This document shows, in pieces, positions 27,149 through 37,203 of a stretch of DNA of 64,000 bases. The stretch is from Spirochaetia bacterium (GTDB lineage: Bacteria > Spirochaetota > Spirochaetia > SZUA-6 > Bin103). Where the stretch lies: contig CBDAOI010000002.1 of the NCBI GenBank assembly GCA_965198005.1, positions 288,001-352,000 of the forward strand, written 5' to 3'. The stretch's first letter is position 1, and the number at the start of each line of letters is the position of its first letter. The notes under the pieces are model-generated. The model had not been told where the DNA came from, made no database searches, and saw nothing but the letters and a program-made list of their open reading frames with translations. The position numbers and the translations under genes are program-made.

Positions 27149-28173
27149 CCCGGCCCACCGATGCGGCGACCCGCGGGTTCCTGCGCGGCACCGCGCGCGA
27201 TCGGGGCTACGAGCGCGTGGCCAAGTTTCTGCTTCTGCAGGGCGCCGGGCCGGCAGCCCGGGTGCTGGCCGGGCTGACCGAGGGAGAGGCGATCGGGATC
27301 GTCTCCGCGATCGCCGGGATCCGGTTCGTGGGGCCGCACGAGGCGCGGCGGATCCTCGACGAGTTCGGCTATCGGCTGGCGCACCGGGAGCTGCTGGCCC
27401 ACGGCGGCCGGGCCGCGGCGCGCATTTTCCTGGCCGCGGCGGTGGGCGACGAGCGCGCCGACGAACTGTGGGCGCAGGTGCGCGCGCCGCTGCCGCCGGC
27501 CGCGGACCAACGGCAGCCGGAGCACATGGTCGCCGCGGTGAGTGGTGTTCCCGTGGCGACCGCCGCCTCGATCGTTGCCCGCCTGCCCGCTCGGCTGGGC
27601 GGGGCCGTGCTGGAGCGACTGCGCCCTGCCCGCCGTGACGACCTTGCCTACCGGATCGCGGAGTCGGGAGCGGCAGTGCCGGCACCGGGCGCGCAGCAAC
27701 CGGAGGCGTCCTCCCCAGCGGCCGATGCGGCCGGCGCGGCGGCGCCGCGCGTGGACGGTCCGGTCGTCCTCAGCGGCATGCTCGCGCACGTGGCCCCTCC
27801 TGCGCGGGCAGCGATGCTCGACGCGCTGGAGCGGCGCCACGCCGGCCTGGCGGACGAGGTGCGGCGCGGCCTGCTGTGCGCGCCGCAGGTGCCCGAGCGG
27901 CTGCTGCCGCGGGTCGCCGCGGCCGACCTGCGGCGCCTGCTGTGCGCCCGCACCGACCGCCAGGTCGCCCTGCTCCTGGCCGGCGCCGCACCGCCGCTGG
28001 CGCGGCTGCTGCGCGCCCATCTTCCCCAAGACCGGCTGCCGGCGGTGCACCGCGGCGCGCCCCCGCCGCCCCTGGCGTGCGAGGAAGGCGGCGCCCTGCT
28101 GGGGCTGGTGGAAGAGGTAGAGCGCGCGGCACGGGCGGGGACGATCACGCTGAACGGAGCCGCGCCATGCTGA
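27145..28173 (+). CDS. Divergent FliG-like protein
   Basis: RVAKFLLLQG..A.RVL..L...E, GGRAAARIFL..AVG, LAYRIA, VDG..VL..ML; follows the FliG N/M/C layout. Confidence 0.7.
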   Translation: MTRPTDAATRGFLRGTARDRGYERVAKFLLLQGAGPAARVLAGLTEGEAIGIVSAIAGIRFVGPHEARRILDEFGYRLAHRELLAHGGRAAARIFLAAAVGDERADELWAQVRAPLPPAADQRQPEHMVAAVSGVPVATAASIVARLPARLGGAVLERLRPARRDDLAYRIAESGAAVPAPGAQQPEASSPAADAAGAAAPRVDGPVVLSGMLAHVAPPARAAMLDALERRHAGLADEVRRGLLCAPQVPERLLPRVAAADLRRLLCARTDRQVALLLAGAAPPLARLLRAHLPQDRLPAVHRGAPPPPLACEEGGALLGLVEEVERAARAGTITLNGAAPC

Positions 28174-29456
28174 TCGCCGAGTTGCCGGGCCACGTGGGCC
28201 GCCAGGTGGAGGTCGCGGGCTGGCTGTACAACCGCCGTTCCACCGGCAAGATCCACTTCCTCCAGCTCCGCGACGGCAGCGGCCGCGTGCAGGGCGTGGC
28301 GGTGCGGGACGAGTGCTCGCCGGCAACGTTCGCCGCCATCGGCACCCTCAAGATGGAGGCAAGCCTGCGCGTGCGCGGCACCGTGCGTAGCGACCGGCGC
28401 GCGCCGAGCGGGGTCGAGCTGGCGGTCACCGAGGTCACGGTGTGCCACAACCCGACCGCCGACTACCCGATCGCCAAGAAGGAGCACGGCATCGACTTCC
28501 TGCTGGAACACCGCCATCTCTGGCTGCGTTCGGTGCGTCAGGAGGCGATGCTGCGCATCCGCAGCCGCACGGCCGCCAGCCTGCGGCGGTTCTTCGACGA
28601 GCGTGGATTCACCCTGGTCGATACGCCGATTCTGACCGGCACGATCGGCGAGAGTGCGGGCGCGCTGTTCACCCTCCCCTACTTCGATCTGGGGGATGCG
28701 TACCTGGCGCAGACCGGTCAGCTCTACCTCGAGGCCGCCTGCGCGGCCCTGGGCAAGGTGTACAACTTCGGTCCCACGTTTCGCGCCGAGAAATCCAAGA
28801 CCCGCCGCCATCTCACCGAGTTCTGGATGCTGGAGGCGGAAGTGGCGTTCATGGACAGCGCGGGCAATCAGGAGCTGCAGGAACAGTTGGTCAGCGCCGC
28901 GGTGGCGGACGTGGCGGCGCAGTGTGCGGGTGAGCTGGACACGCTGGGCCGCGATCCGGCGCCGCTGCGCGCGGTGCGGCCGCCGTTTCCGCGGCTCGAC
29001 TACGGCGAGGCGGTCGAGCGGCTGCGCGCCGCCGGCAGCGCCATCGCCTGGGGCCAGGACCTCGGCGCCGACCACGAGACCATCCTGGCCGGCCAGTTCG
29101 AGCGCCCGGTGTTCGTGGTCAACTACCCGCGCGCGGCCAAGCCGTTCTACATGAAGCGCAACCCGGACGACGAGCGCACCGTGCTGTGTTCCGACCTCCT
29201 GGCCCCCGAGGGGTACGGCGAGATCATCGGCGGTTCCCAGCGCGAAGATGACTACGACGCCCTGCTGGCGCGCATCCGCGAAGCCGGCCTGCCGGAAGAC
29301 TCCTACCGCTGGTACCTGGATCTGCGCCGCTACGGCAGCGTGGTCCATTCCGGGTTCGGAATCGGCCTCGAGCGCACCGTGGCGTGGCTCACGGGCACCC
29401 CCCACGTCCGCGAAAGCTCCCCGTTCCCGCGCACCTTGTCCCGCATCTATCCGTGA
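28167..29456 (+). CDS. asnS: Asparagine--tRNA ligase
   Basis: [57 protein letters not shown]. Confidence 0.97.
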   Translation: MLIAELPGHVGRQVEVAGWLYNRRSTGKIHFLQLRDGSGRVQGVAVRDECSPATFAAIGTLKMEASLRVRGTVRSDRRAPSGVELAVTEVTVCHNPTADYPIAKKEHGIDFLLEHRHLWLRSVRQEAMLRIRSRTAASLRRFFDERGFTLVDTPILTGTIGESAGALFTLPYFDLGDAYLAQTGQLYLEAACAALGKVYNFGPTFRAEKSKTRRHLTEFWMLEAEVAFMDSAGNQELQEQLVSAAVADVAAQCAGELDTLGRDPAPLRAVRPPFPRLDYGEAVERLRAAGSAIAWGQDLGADHETILAGQFERPVFVVNYPRAAKPFYMKRNPDDERTVLCSDLLAPEGYGEIIGGSQREDDYDALLARIREAGLPEDSYRWYLDLRRYGSVVHSGFGIGLERTVAWLTGTPHVRESSPFPRTLSRIYP

Positions 29457-29523
29457 TCGGCGCGCCGTCGGTATACTCAGGCGGAATGCATCACCGACGC
29501 ATCGCAGACCGGGGGAGCGTGGC

Positions 29524-30027
29524 ATGAACTCCTCGTTGTCGCTGGCAATGGCCTACCTGCTGTGGGCGGTCGGCGGATTCGGCACCCTCGGCCTGCACCG
29601 CTTCTACCTGAGCAAGCCGGGCACCGGCGTGTTGTGGCTGCTCACCGGCGGCCTGCTCGGGATCGGAGCGCTGGTGGATCTGTTTCGGATGCCGACCCTG
29701 GTGGACGAAGCGAACATCCTGGACCGCCACCGGGCGCAACTCGACCTGCCCCCCGACCCGGAGCCGCAACGCGTGGCCGCACCCCCGCCGGACTCGCTCG
29801 AGCGCGTGATTCTGAAACTGGCCAGGGCCGACGGCGGTCTGGTGTCACCCGGCGAAGTCGCCACCCGCGGCAACTGGACCCTGGACGAGGCCAAGGCGTA
29901 CCTGGAGACGATGGTCGAGAAGGGACACGCCGAGCTGCGCGCCACCAGGAGCGGCTCGCCGGCGCTGGTCTACGTGATTCCCGAGTTCCTGACCGACGAG
30001 ACCCGCCGCACGATCGAGGAGCTGTAG
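29524..30027 (+). CDS. TM2/NINE domain membrane protein with C-terminal winged-helix-like domain
   Basis: [29 protein letters not shown]-terminal [10 protein letters not shown]....VYVIPEF. Confidence 0.85.
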   Translation: MNSSLSLAMAYLLWAVGGFGTLGLHRFYLSKPGTGVLWLLTGGLLGIGALVDLFRMPTLVDEANILDRHRAQLDLPPDPEPQRVAAPPPDSLERVILKLARADGGLVSPGEVATRGNWTLDEAKAYLETMVEKGHAELRATRSGSPALVYVIPEFLTDETRRTIEEL

Positions 30028-30036
30028 CGGCGCCGT

Positions 30037-30642
30037 TCAGCCGATGCGGCCCTTGGTCGACATGCCGCCGGTGGCCGGGGCGTAGGCTCCGGCCAGGGCG
30101 CGGCCGAGCGCCTTGAACAGCGCCTCGACCATGTGGTGTGCGTTTTCGCCGTGGCGGACCGTGGCGTGGAGGTTGATCTGGGCGCGCGTGGCGAGGGCGC
30201 CGAGGAACTCCCGCACCAGCGCGACCTCGAAGGTCCCGACCGTGGACTGCGGATAGCGCGCCGCGTAGTGCAGATAGGGACGGCCCCCCACGTCGACCGC
30301 GACCTCGGCCAGGGCGTCGTCCATCGGAATCAGCGCGCTGGCAAACCGCCGGACCGGACCGAGGTCGCGCACCGCGCGCAGACAGTCGCCCAGCACCAGC
30401 CCCACGTCCTCGACCAGATGGTGAGGATCGACCTCCTCGTCGCCGCGCGCCCGCACCTGGAGCTCGAAGCCGCCGTGGAACGCCATCGCTTCCAGCACGT
30501 GGCTGAAGAACGGCACCGTGGTGTCGACCCGCACCGATTCACGCCGGTCCAGATCCACCTCGACCGTCACGTCGGTTTCGCTGGTGGCGCGCTCCCTGCG
30601 AGCCCGGCGCGCGCCGGTGGCCGGAGGATCCGCCCTCGCCAT
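30037..30642 (-). CDS. hisB: Imidazoleglycerol-phosphate dehydratase
   Basis: RATSET, FFSHVL, DPHHLVEDVG, PMDDAL, ENAHHMVEALFKA, STKG. Confidence 0.96.
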   Translation of the reverse strand: MARADPPATGARRARRERATSETDVTVEVDLDRRESVRVDTTVPFFSHVLEAMAFHGGFELQVRARGDEEVDPHHLVEDVGLVLGDCLRAVRDLGPVRRFASALIPMDDALAEVAVDVGGRPYLHYAARYPQSTVGTFEVALVREFLGALATRAQINLHATVRHGENAHHMVEALFKALGRALAGAYAPATGGMSTKGRIG

Positions 30643-30647
30643 GCCTG

Positions 30648-31157
30648 CTACCAGTGTTCGTAGGCGACGATGTCCGCCAGCGGCTTGCGCGAGCTGACCG
30701 GCGGCTTCTGATCGGTGTAGCCGAGGGCGACGACAATCACCACCCGCATCGCGTGCGGAATGCTCAGCAGATCCTGCACCTCCTGCTCGTCGAAGGTGGT
30801 GATGGCGCAGGAGCCGAGCCCTTCGTGCGTCGCCTGCAGCAACATGAAGCCGGCGGCCAGGCTGAGGTCGACCGGATAGGAAAGCTGGCCGTTGGGCATG
30901 CGATAATCGATATTGGTGGTACAGACGGCTATACTCACCGGAGCGGTCAGCATCTGTTCCGCACCGAACGCGGCGTCGGCGAGCCTGCTTCTCAGATCCG
31001 TCCGCGTGACCACGACGAAGCGCCACTCCTGTCGATTCTTGGCCGAGGGAGCAAGGCGGCCTGCGGTCAGGATGCGTTCGATAATGCGCCCACTGACCGG
31101 TCGCGGAAGGAACTTCTTGGCACTCCACCGTGCCTTTATTGCCGGAAGAATGTTCAT
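30648..31157 (-). CDS. Nitroreductase family protein
   Basis: IKARWS, APSAKNRQEWRFVVV, LQATHEGLGSC. Confidence 0.9.
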   Translation of the reverse strand: MNILPAIKARWSAKKFLPRPVSGRIIERILTAGRLAPSAKNRQEWRFVVVTRTDLRSRLADAAFGAEQMLTAPVSIAVCTTNIDYRMPNGQLSYPVDLSLAAGFMLLQATHEGLGSCAITTFDEQEVQDLLSIPHAMRVVIVVALGYTDQKPPVSSRKPLADIVAYEHW

Positions 31158-31214
31158 GAACACGACTACGGGCGGCCGGACAACGCAGGGTAGCATACCT
31201 TGACCGGGGGTGCA

Positions 31215-33512
31215 ATGACGCGGGCGACCGCGACCCTGGCCGCCGTGGTCGGCCTGCTCCTGTGGCATCAGACCATCGTTGCGCCGCGGCTGGAGGCTCA
31301 AACCGCCGCTCCCGAGAACGCTGCGCGCTGGCGTGCCACGCTGGCACGGGATGCCGAAACCATTACCGCGCTGGGAGCGCGGGTGGATGGCTCGGCCGCC
31401 GAGTCGGCCACCGTCGACTACCTGATTGGTGAGCTTGCCGAGCTGGGCCTGACGCCGCGCCGGCATACCTTTTCCGAGGCCGACTTCGCGCACTCGTTCT
31501 CCTCGATCGTGGACGTGACGATCGCGGGGGTGCGCCCGGACGTCCTGGTGGTGGCGGTGCCGCTGGCGGCCGCGCGGGCGGCCGGGTTCGGCTCGTCCAC
31601 GGCGCTGGAAACGGACGCGACCCCCGCCGGACTGGCCCTTGCCCTCGCCTTTGCCCGCGACGTCGCCCTCGCTGAACGACCACCTCCGGTCTCGGTGCGG
31701 TTCGTCTTTCTGGGCGCCGAGCGCGGCGATCCCGTCCACGGCTATCCGCTCGGCAGCCGCCTGTTCCTGCACCTGTTTCAACCCACCGCTCCGGTCGCCG
31801 TGGTCTACCTCGACCTCGACCGGCCGGCGGCGCGGTTGGTGATCAAGACCGGAGGCAGCAGCGGAGCGGCGGCGCCCTGGCTCATCGAACGGACCGCGGC
31901 CGCCCTGAATGCCGGTGGCCAGCGGTTTCGGATCACGCCCCACATCACGCAGCTGGTGCGGCTCGGCCTGGTCCGCGAGCCGCTGCTGGAGCCGTTTCTC
32001 CAGGCCGGCTATCCGGCCTTGCGGCTGGCCGGTCAGGGGGCGCCACGTGACGACGCTGCCGGCTATCGGTGGCTGGATCGGATGCACGGCTTCTTTCCGC
32101 AGTTTCTGGCCGGGTTCGGCCAGGGGATTCCCGAAACCTGGGAACGTCACTATCTGCTGTTCCAGGGCCTCGGGTCGTTCCTGATCGTGCCCGAACCGGC
32201 ATATCTGATCGGTTTGATCATCGTGCTCTCAATCGCGGTCAGCTACGCGTTCGTGGTACCGCACCGGTTTGTGCGCTACCTCTGGCTGGTTCGCACGGAC
32301 GGCTGGCGCATCGTCCTGATCGCGGCACTCACCTTCGGTGCGTTGAGCGGTGGCACCGCGATCCTCAAGCTGCTGCTGGAAGTGCGCGGCATTCCCACGC
32401 TGTGGGAGGTTGCGCCGGTGCTGCTACTCACGCTGAAGGGCGCCATCGCCCTGCTGCTGGTATGCGCACTGATACGACTACCCTGGTGGCGGCGGTTCCC
32501 GGTGCTCGGGTTCGCGCCGGTCGGCGGGTTTTACGGCGCCGCGGCAATTCTGGTACTGATACTCGAGTTGATGGCCAGCGCAGGCATCAACATCACGCTT
32601 ACGTTCTACTTTGCCTGGGCGTTCGGGTGTGCCCTGCTGGCAAGTCTGGCACGCAACCGCTGGGTGAAGTTGATCTGGATCGCGCTGGCGCCGTACTGGA
32701 TCGCGCGCGCGGTCGGCGGCCTGGTTCTGTTGCCGGTGTTGCCGTTCGTGCAGACGGTCCTGCTCTCCACCGTGAACGGCGACCTGGTCTCGACCGTAGT
32801 ACTGCTGCCATTCGTGCTGCTGGTGATGCGCGCCGTGCACGGGTTCGTCGACCATCGCCGCGACCCGCGGGCGGCGTACCGCTACCCGCTCTGGCTGATC
32901 GGGGCCATATCGGGGCTGGCCCTGGTCGTAGTGGGCTCCGGCTCAGCGATTCTGACGATCAATCCCTACGGCCCGGGACGCGAGCAACCCCTGAGCGCGC
33001 GCACGGTGATCGATCAGGATACCCGTTCCGGCGCGCTCACGCTGTCGAGTCCGGCACCGATCGGCTGGGTGGAGGTCACGTTCGCCGGCACCGGGCGCTC
33101 GCTCAACACCCGTGAACGGGCGTTGACGATGCCGCTGGAACCGGTCTCCGACCTCGTGCGGTTCGAGGAGTGGTCGACCGGTGCGCTGGGCGGACGCAGC
33201 ATCGCCATCACGTTCATGCCGGAGGGCACACCCAACGCCATTCTGCTGACCCTGGATTCCAGCGACAGGTTCGACCTGCTGGAGGCCAACTATCCGTTTC
33301 ACCGGCGCGGCGCGGGCAGCTATGAGATCCTGGTGGGAGCCCGCCCACCCAACCCACTGGCCATCGAACTGACCGTGCCGCACGACCTGATGTTGGCGCT
33401 GCATTACGCGGTCGACTACGATCGATCGCCGCTGGAACTCACCATCGAAAGTCCCCGGAAAGAAATCACCAGCTCGTTGCGGGTGGCGGGCTCGATCGCT
33501 ATTTCGACCTGA
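31215..33512 (+). CDS. M28-peptidase-fold polytopic membrane protein (ERMP1/GPAA1-like layout)
   Basis: Signal helix, M28-like domain (VRFVFLGAE, YLDLD), about 9-10 TM helices, C-terminal soluble domain. Confidence 0.65.
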   Translation: MTRATATLAAVVGLLLWHQTIVAPRLEAQTAAPENAARWRATLARDAETITALGARVDGSAAESATVDYLIGELAELGLTPRRHTFSEADFAHSFSSIVDVTIAGVRPDVLVVAVPLAAARAAGFGSSTALETDATPAGLALALAFARDVALAERPPPVSVRFVFLGAERGDPVHGYPLGSRLFLHLFQPTAPVAVVYLDLDRPAARLVIKTGGSSGAAAPWLIERTAAALNAGGQRFRITPHITQLVRLGLVREPLLEPFLQAGYPALRLAGQGAPRDDAAGYRWLDRMHGFFPQFLAGFGQGIPETWERHYLLFQGLGSFLIVPEPAYLIGLIIVLSIAVSYAFVVPHRFVRYLWLVRTDGWRIVLIAALTFGALSGGTAILKLLLEVRGIPTLWEVAPVLLLTLKGAIALLLVCALIRLPWWRRFPVLGFAPVGGFYGAAAILVLILELMASAGINITLTFYFAWAFGCALLASLARNRWVKLIWIALAPYWIARAVGGLVLLPVLPFVQTVLLSTVNGDLVSTVVLLPFVLLVMRAVHGFVDHRRDPRAAYRYPLWLIGAISGLALVVVGSGSAILTINPYGPGREQPLSARTVIDQDTRSGALTLSSPAPIGWVEVTFAGTGRSLNTRERALTMPLEPVSDLVRFEEWSTGALGGRSIAITFMPEGTPNAILLTLDSSDRFDLLEANYPFHRRGAGSYEILVGARPPNPLAIELTVPHDLMLALHYAVDYDRSPLELTIESPRKEITSSLRVAGSIAIST

Positions 33513-33525
33513 TTGGCTGATTCGG

Positions 33526-34254
33526 TCAGGCGCGGGCGGCTGCTTCGGTCACGTAGCTGCCGTCCAACCCGTCGACGGCACGCACCGAGTCCAGCGATCG
33601 TTCCGCCTCCAGCCGGGTGGCGTATGGCCCCACCCGTACCCGGTAGAACACTTCGCTGTCCGTCTCGCGGATCGTGATCCGGTTGTTCAGCCCCTGGCGG
33701 CTCAACTGTTCGCCAAGGGCCAGAGCGCGGCCGTGGCTGACGAAGCTCCCCACCTGGATCCAGAACGGCTTGAGCGGGAGCTGCGCGCGCGCGGGTTCCG
33801 GAGCCGGCGCCGCCTGCTCGACCGGTCTGGGTGCCGGCAGCGCCGCCTTGGGCGACTGGACCTCGGCGGCAGGCGAGCGAGCGTCCCTGCGCGGCGCAGG
33901 AGCGGGCGCCGGAGCAGGAGCGGACGCCGGAGCAGCCTCCTGCCGCGGCGCCGGCTCGGTCGCCACCGCGTTCCGCGACTCCTGCGGGCGGCCAGCTTCC
34001 GGCGCAGCCGCGTCGGCGGTCACTGCGTCCGCCACCACCGGCGCCCCGACCGCCACGGTCGGCTGCACCGGGGTGGACTGGTCGCTGACGTACTCGAACA
34101 TCTCGGACGGGCGGGCCAGCGGGCGCCACGGGTCGCCGCCGGCGCGGGTCACGGCGGCAGCCGGCCGCAGCCAATACAGGCCGCCCGCGAGCACCACCAC
34201 CAGCAGCACGCTGGCACCTGCCACCACTCCCCAGAGCCGATAGCGCAGATCCAT
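33526..34254 (-). CDS. SPOR-domain (FtsN/DedD-like) membrane-anchored protein
   Basis: N-terminal TM, Pro/Ala linker, FWIQVGSF...YRVRVGPY. Confidence 0.88.
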   Translation of the reverse strand: MDLRYRLWGVVAGASVLLVVVLAGGLYWLRPAAAVTRAGGDPWRPLARPSEMFEYVSDQSTPVQPTVAVGAPVVADAVTADAAAPEAGRPQESRNAVATEPAPRQEAAPASAPAPAPAPAPRRDARSPAAEVQSPKAALPAPRPVEQAAPAPEPARAQLPLKPFWIQVGSFVSHGRALALGEQLSRQGLNNRITIRETDSEVFYRVRVGPYATRLEAERSLDSVRAVDGLDGSYVTEAAARA

Positions 34255-34323
34255 TACCGTTTCAATATCGACCGGCCACGCGCGCGACTTGACCGCCGGC
34301 CCCGGCGCACCGCCGCGCCGGCC

Positions 34324-35808
34324 TCAGGCCGCGAACGACCGTGCCAACTCGGTGCGGGCCTCGGCCGGGAACTCAACTCCGGTGAACAGCCGGAACTGTT
34401 CGTACGCCTGACCGAGCAGCATGGCGCTGCCGCCAATCGTGCGGCATCCGGCCGCGCGCGCCCGCCGCAGGAGCGGAGTGACCGGCGGGGTATAGACGAT
34501 GTCGTATACGATTTCCCTTCCGGTCAGCGGAACCGCCGCCAGCGGGTCGTGCGCACCCGGTGCCGCATCCATACCGAGGCTGGTGGCCTGGACGATCAGG
34601 TCGTGGTGGCCGGCGATCCGCGCGGCGAGCTCTTCGGCCTCCAGCGCGACGAACGCGGCGCCCAGCTCATGCGCCAGCCGCCGGCCCCGCGCCCGGCTCC
34701 GATTGGCGATCAACACCGTGACGCCGGCCTCGCGCAGGGCCCAGACGATGGCCCGCGCGGCTCCCCCCGCCCCGATCACGGTCGCCCGCCGGATCGGTCC
34801 GACGGCCCGCAGCGGGGCCATGAAGCCGGACGCATCGGTGTTGTATCCGACCCACCCGCCCGGCTCGCGAACCAGGGTGTTGCACGCGCCCATCGCCTCC
34901 ACCGCGCGCTCGGCGCGCGCCAGCAGCGGCACCACGGCCTGCTTGTGCGGCAGCGTCACCGACAGGCCGCGCACGCCCAAGGCCGGCGCCAGCCGCAGAA
35001 ACCCGGCTACCGTATCGACCCGGAACGGCAGGTACACTCCGTCGCGTGCGGCCGCCGCCAGACCGCAGTTGTGCACCTCGGGCGACCGCGAGTGCTCCAC
35101 CGGATTGCCGATTACGCCAAACACGGGCGTGTCCGGCGTAATCTCCCGGAACCGGTAGCGCCCGTTCAAGGCAACCGGATCCAGATGACCGGGAGCGGCG
35201 CTGGGCTGGCCGGCGGCGGAGGTGAACGTGAGCCAGCAGCCGAGCCGTGCCGCCAGCACCCGCGTGGCGGTGCCGTAGTCGCCCATTCCCAACACGATGC
35301 GGGGGGTGCGGACGGCACCGGCCGCGGCCACGATCCGGGCCAGATCCGCGACCCCGGACGGGGTCACCGCCAGCTTGGCGATTTCGCCGGGTCTCCGGGA
35401 CAGCCAGCGCAACAGCGACTCCAGGTGGGGCGGAGTGGCGCGGGTATCGTGGAATGAGCGGATTACGCGCGGGCCGCCGCGCGGAACCGGCACCGCGTCC
35501 GCCGGCAGGTCACCCTCCAGGTCCAGGTACCGAAACCGTCCGGCCGCCGCGCGCCGCAGCAACCGCCGCCGCGGGCGCTCGCCGCACGGCCAGCGGCCCC
35601 CGTCGCGGGCGCGCCGTATCGTGCAGATCGCCGGCAGCGGACACGCGCGCGCAAAGCCGTCGATCCCTCCCCACTGGCTGGGGGCGAGCAGGTCCACGCG
35701 CAACTCCACCAAGTCCACAAGGCCGCGGTACCGGCTCACCAGAGCCAGGTTCCCGGCCAGCGTGGACGCGGTGAGCGCCAGGCACAGGAGCGGCTGCGCC
35801 CCGGCCAC
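34324..35808 (-). CDS. aroD-aroE: Bifunctional type I 3-dehydroquinate dehydratase / shikimate dehydrogenase
   Basis: VELRVD, IRSFHD, AKLA, APGHL, then IGNPVEHSRSP, SVTLPHK, GACNT, NTD, IGAGGAARA, YDIVYTP. Confidence 0.9.
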   Translation of the reverse strand: MAGAQPLLCLALTASTLAGNLALVSRYRGLVDLVELRVDLLAPSQWGGIDGFARACPLPAICTIRRARDGGRWPCGERPRRRLLRRAAAGRFRYLDLEGDLPADAVPVPRGGPRVIRSFHDTRATPPHLESLLRWLSRRPGEIAKLAVTPSGVADLARIVAAAGAVRTPRIVLGMGDYGTATRVLAARLGCWLTFTSAAGQPSAAPGHLDPVALNGRYRFREITPDTPVFGVIGNPVEHSRSPEVHNCGLAAAARDGVYLPFRVDTVAGFLRLAPALGVRGLSVTLPHKQAVVPLLARAERAVEAMGACNTLVREPGGWVGYNTDASGFMAPLRAVGPIRRATVIGAGGAARAIVWALREAGVTVLIANRSRARGRRLAHELGAAFVALEAEELAARIAGHHDLIVQATSLGMDAAPGAHDPLAAVPLTGREIVYDIVYTPPVTPLLRRARAAGCRTIGGSAMLLGQAYEQFRLFTGVEFPAEARTELARSFAA

Positions 35809-35810
35809 TG

Positions 35811-37160
35811 CTACTGGCCCGCGGGTCCCCTGGTCGCCTTCTCTTCCTCCGTTACCGGCGGAATCACCAGCTCCCAACCGGGAAAGATCAGGTCGGGGTC
35901 CTGGATCAGCTTGCGGTTGCGATGGAAGATCTTGGGCCACAGCCACGGGTTGCCATAGATGAAGTCGTACTCGGCAATCCGCCACAACGACTCGCGCCGG
36001 TCGGGAATGAGACGCACGGTATACACCGTCAGCACCGCCAGACCGGTATATGCCTGGACGTGGAGCCGCGCCTCTTCGAAGTAGGCCACCGCGGTGGCCG
36101 GATCGCCGGCCGCGCGCTCCGCCACGCCGGTCTTCCACAGCTCCTTGGCCCGCTCCAGCAGCAGATGCTGCGGCACCTGGTCGACCCCGCCCGCGCCGGC
36201 GTCCGGCGCCATGCCGCCGGCGGCCATCTCCAGCGCCTGCGCGCCATCCCACGGTTGCGGTTCCACCATCACGCCGTCGTCGGCGACGATGGAAAGCTGG
36301 GAGGCGGCTTCGATTTCCCGCATTACCGCGCGCATCAGCTCCTCGGCGTCGCCCCCGGTCAGGTCCGGCGACTCCATCCTGGCGCTGTCCAGGGCGGTGG
36401 CCGCGGCGGCGCCCGCGGCCTGGAAACTGGCGACGGCGTCCGACAGGTCGTAGCGGTTCATGGCCTCCTTACCGGCCTGGAGGCTCGCTTCCGCCTCGCG
36501 GAACCGCTCGCCGGCCAGCAGATGGGCGTCGGCCGCACGCGCCTCGTCCAGCAGATCCATGGCCGAGCCTTCCAGCTCCGTGATCCGCGTAAGCTGCCCC
36601 TCCACCCGGTTGTACAGCAACTCCATGCGTCCGATCAGGTCCAGAGCCGCAGCGCGCGCCTCGCCCAGCGATTCCTGCTGCAACATCGCCGAAGCCCGCT
36701 GGACGTCCTGCTCCACGGTCGCGTACTCGGCCGGCGCGTAGAGGTCTACGCTCAAGCCGCGCAGGCGCCACAGCCAGTCCTCGATCTCCAGCAGAAGCTG
36801 TTCCACCGCCGCCAGACGGTACGCTTGGTCCGCGAACTCGAGCGCCCGGTTTGCCGCGGACAGCGCCCGCTCGGGATCGCGCGCACTCCAGGTCTCCGCC
36901 TCCGTCAATGCGTTGCGGGCTTCCCGCAGGTTCTCGGGGTCGTGAAACTCGGCGTCGGCCTCTTCCGCCCGCACCACGGCAGCCCGGGCATTGCCCAGTT
37001 GCCGGTTCAACTCCTCCGGCGCCACCTCGGCCGATGCCTCCGGGGCGCCCTCGGGACCCACGTCGTACATCTCCTCGGACACGGGCGCAGGATCGCTGCG
37101 GCAGTAGACCAACAGCACCGAAAAGAGAACGACTATCAATAACTTGCACCGCTTCATCAT
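35811..37160 (-). CDS. Helical lipoprotein with C-terminal LysM-like domain
   Basis: Signal peptide ending LLVYC; Ala-rich helices; ESLWRIA...YGNPWLWPKIF..N...I.DPDLIFPG. Confidence 0.8.
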   Translation of the reverse strand: MMKRCKLLIVVLFSVLLVYCRSDPAPVSEEMYDVGPEGAPEASAEVAPEELNRQLGNARAAVVRAEEADAEFHDPENLREARNALTEAETWSARDPERALSAANRALEFADQAYRLAAVEQLLLEIEDWLWRLRGLSVDLYAPAEYATVEQDVQRASAMLQQESLGEARAAALDLIGRMELLYNRVEGQLTRITELEGSAMDLLDEARAADAHLLAGERFREAEASLQAGKEAMNRYDLSDAVASFQAAGAAAATALDSARMESPDLTGGDAEELMRAVMREIEAASQLSIVADDGVMVEPQPWDGAQALEMAAGGMAPDAGAGGVDQVPQHLLLERAKELWKTGVAERAAGDPATAVAYFEEARLHVQAYTGLAVLTVYTVRLIPDRRESLWRIAEYDFIYGNPWLWPKIFHRNRKLIQDPDLIFPGWELVIPPVTEEEKATRGPAGQ

Positions 37161-37203
37161 CGGTACTCCCTGTTCTTGCAGCCCGCCAGGGCCGCGATCG
37201 TGC

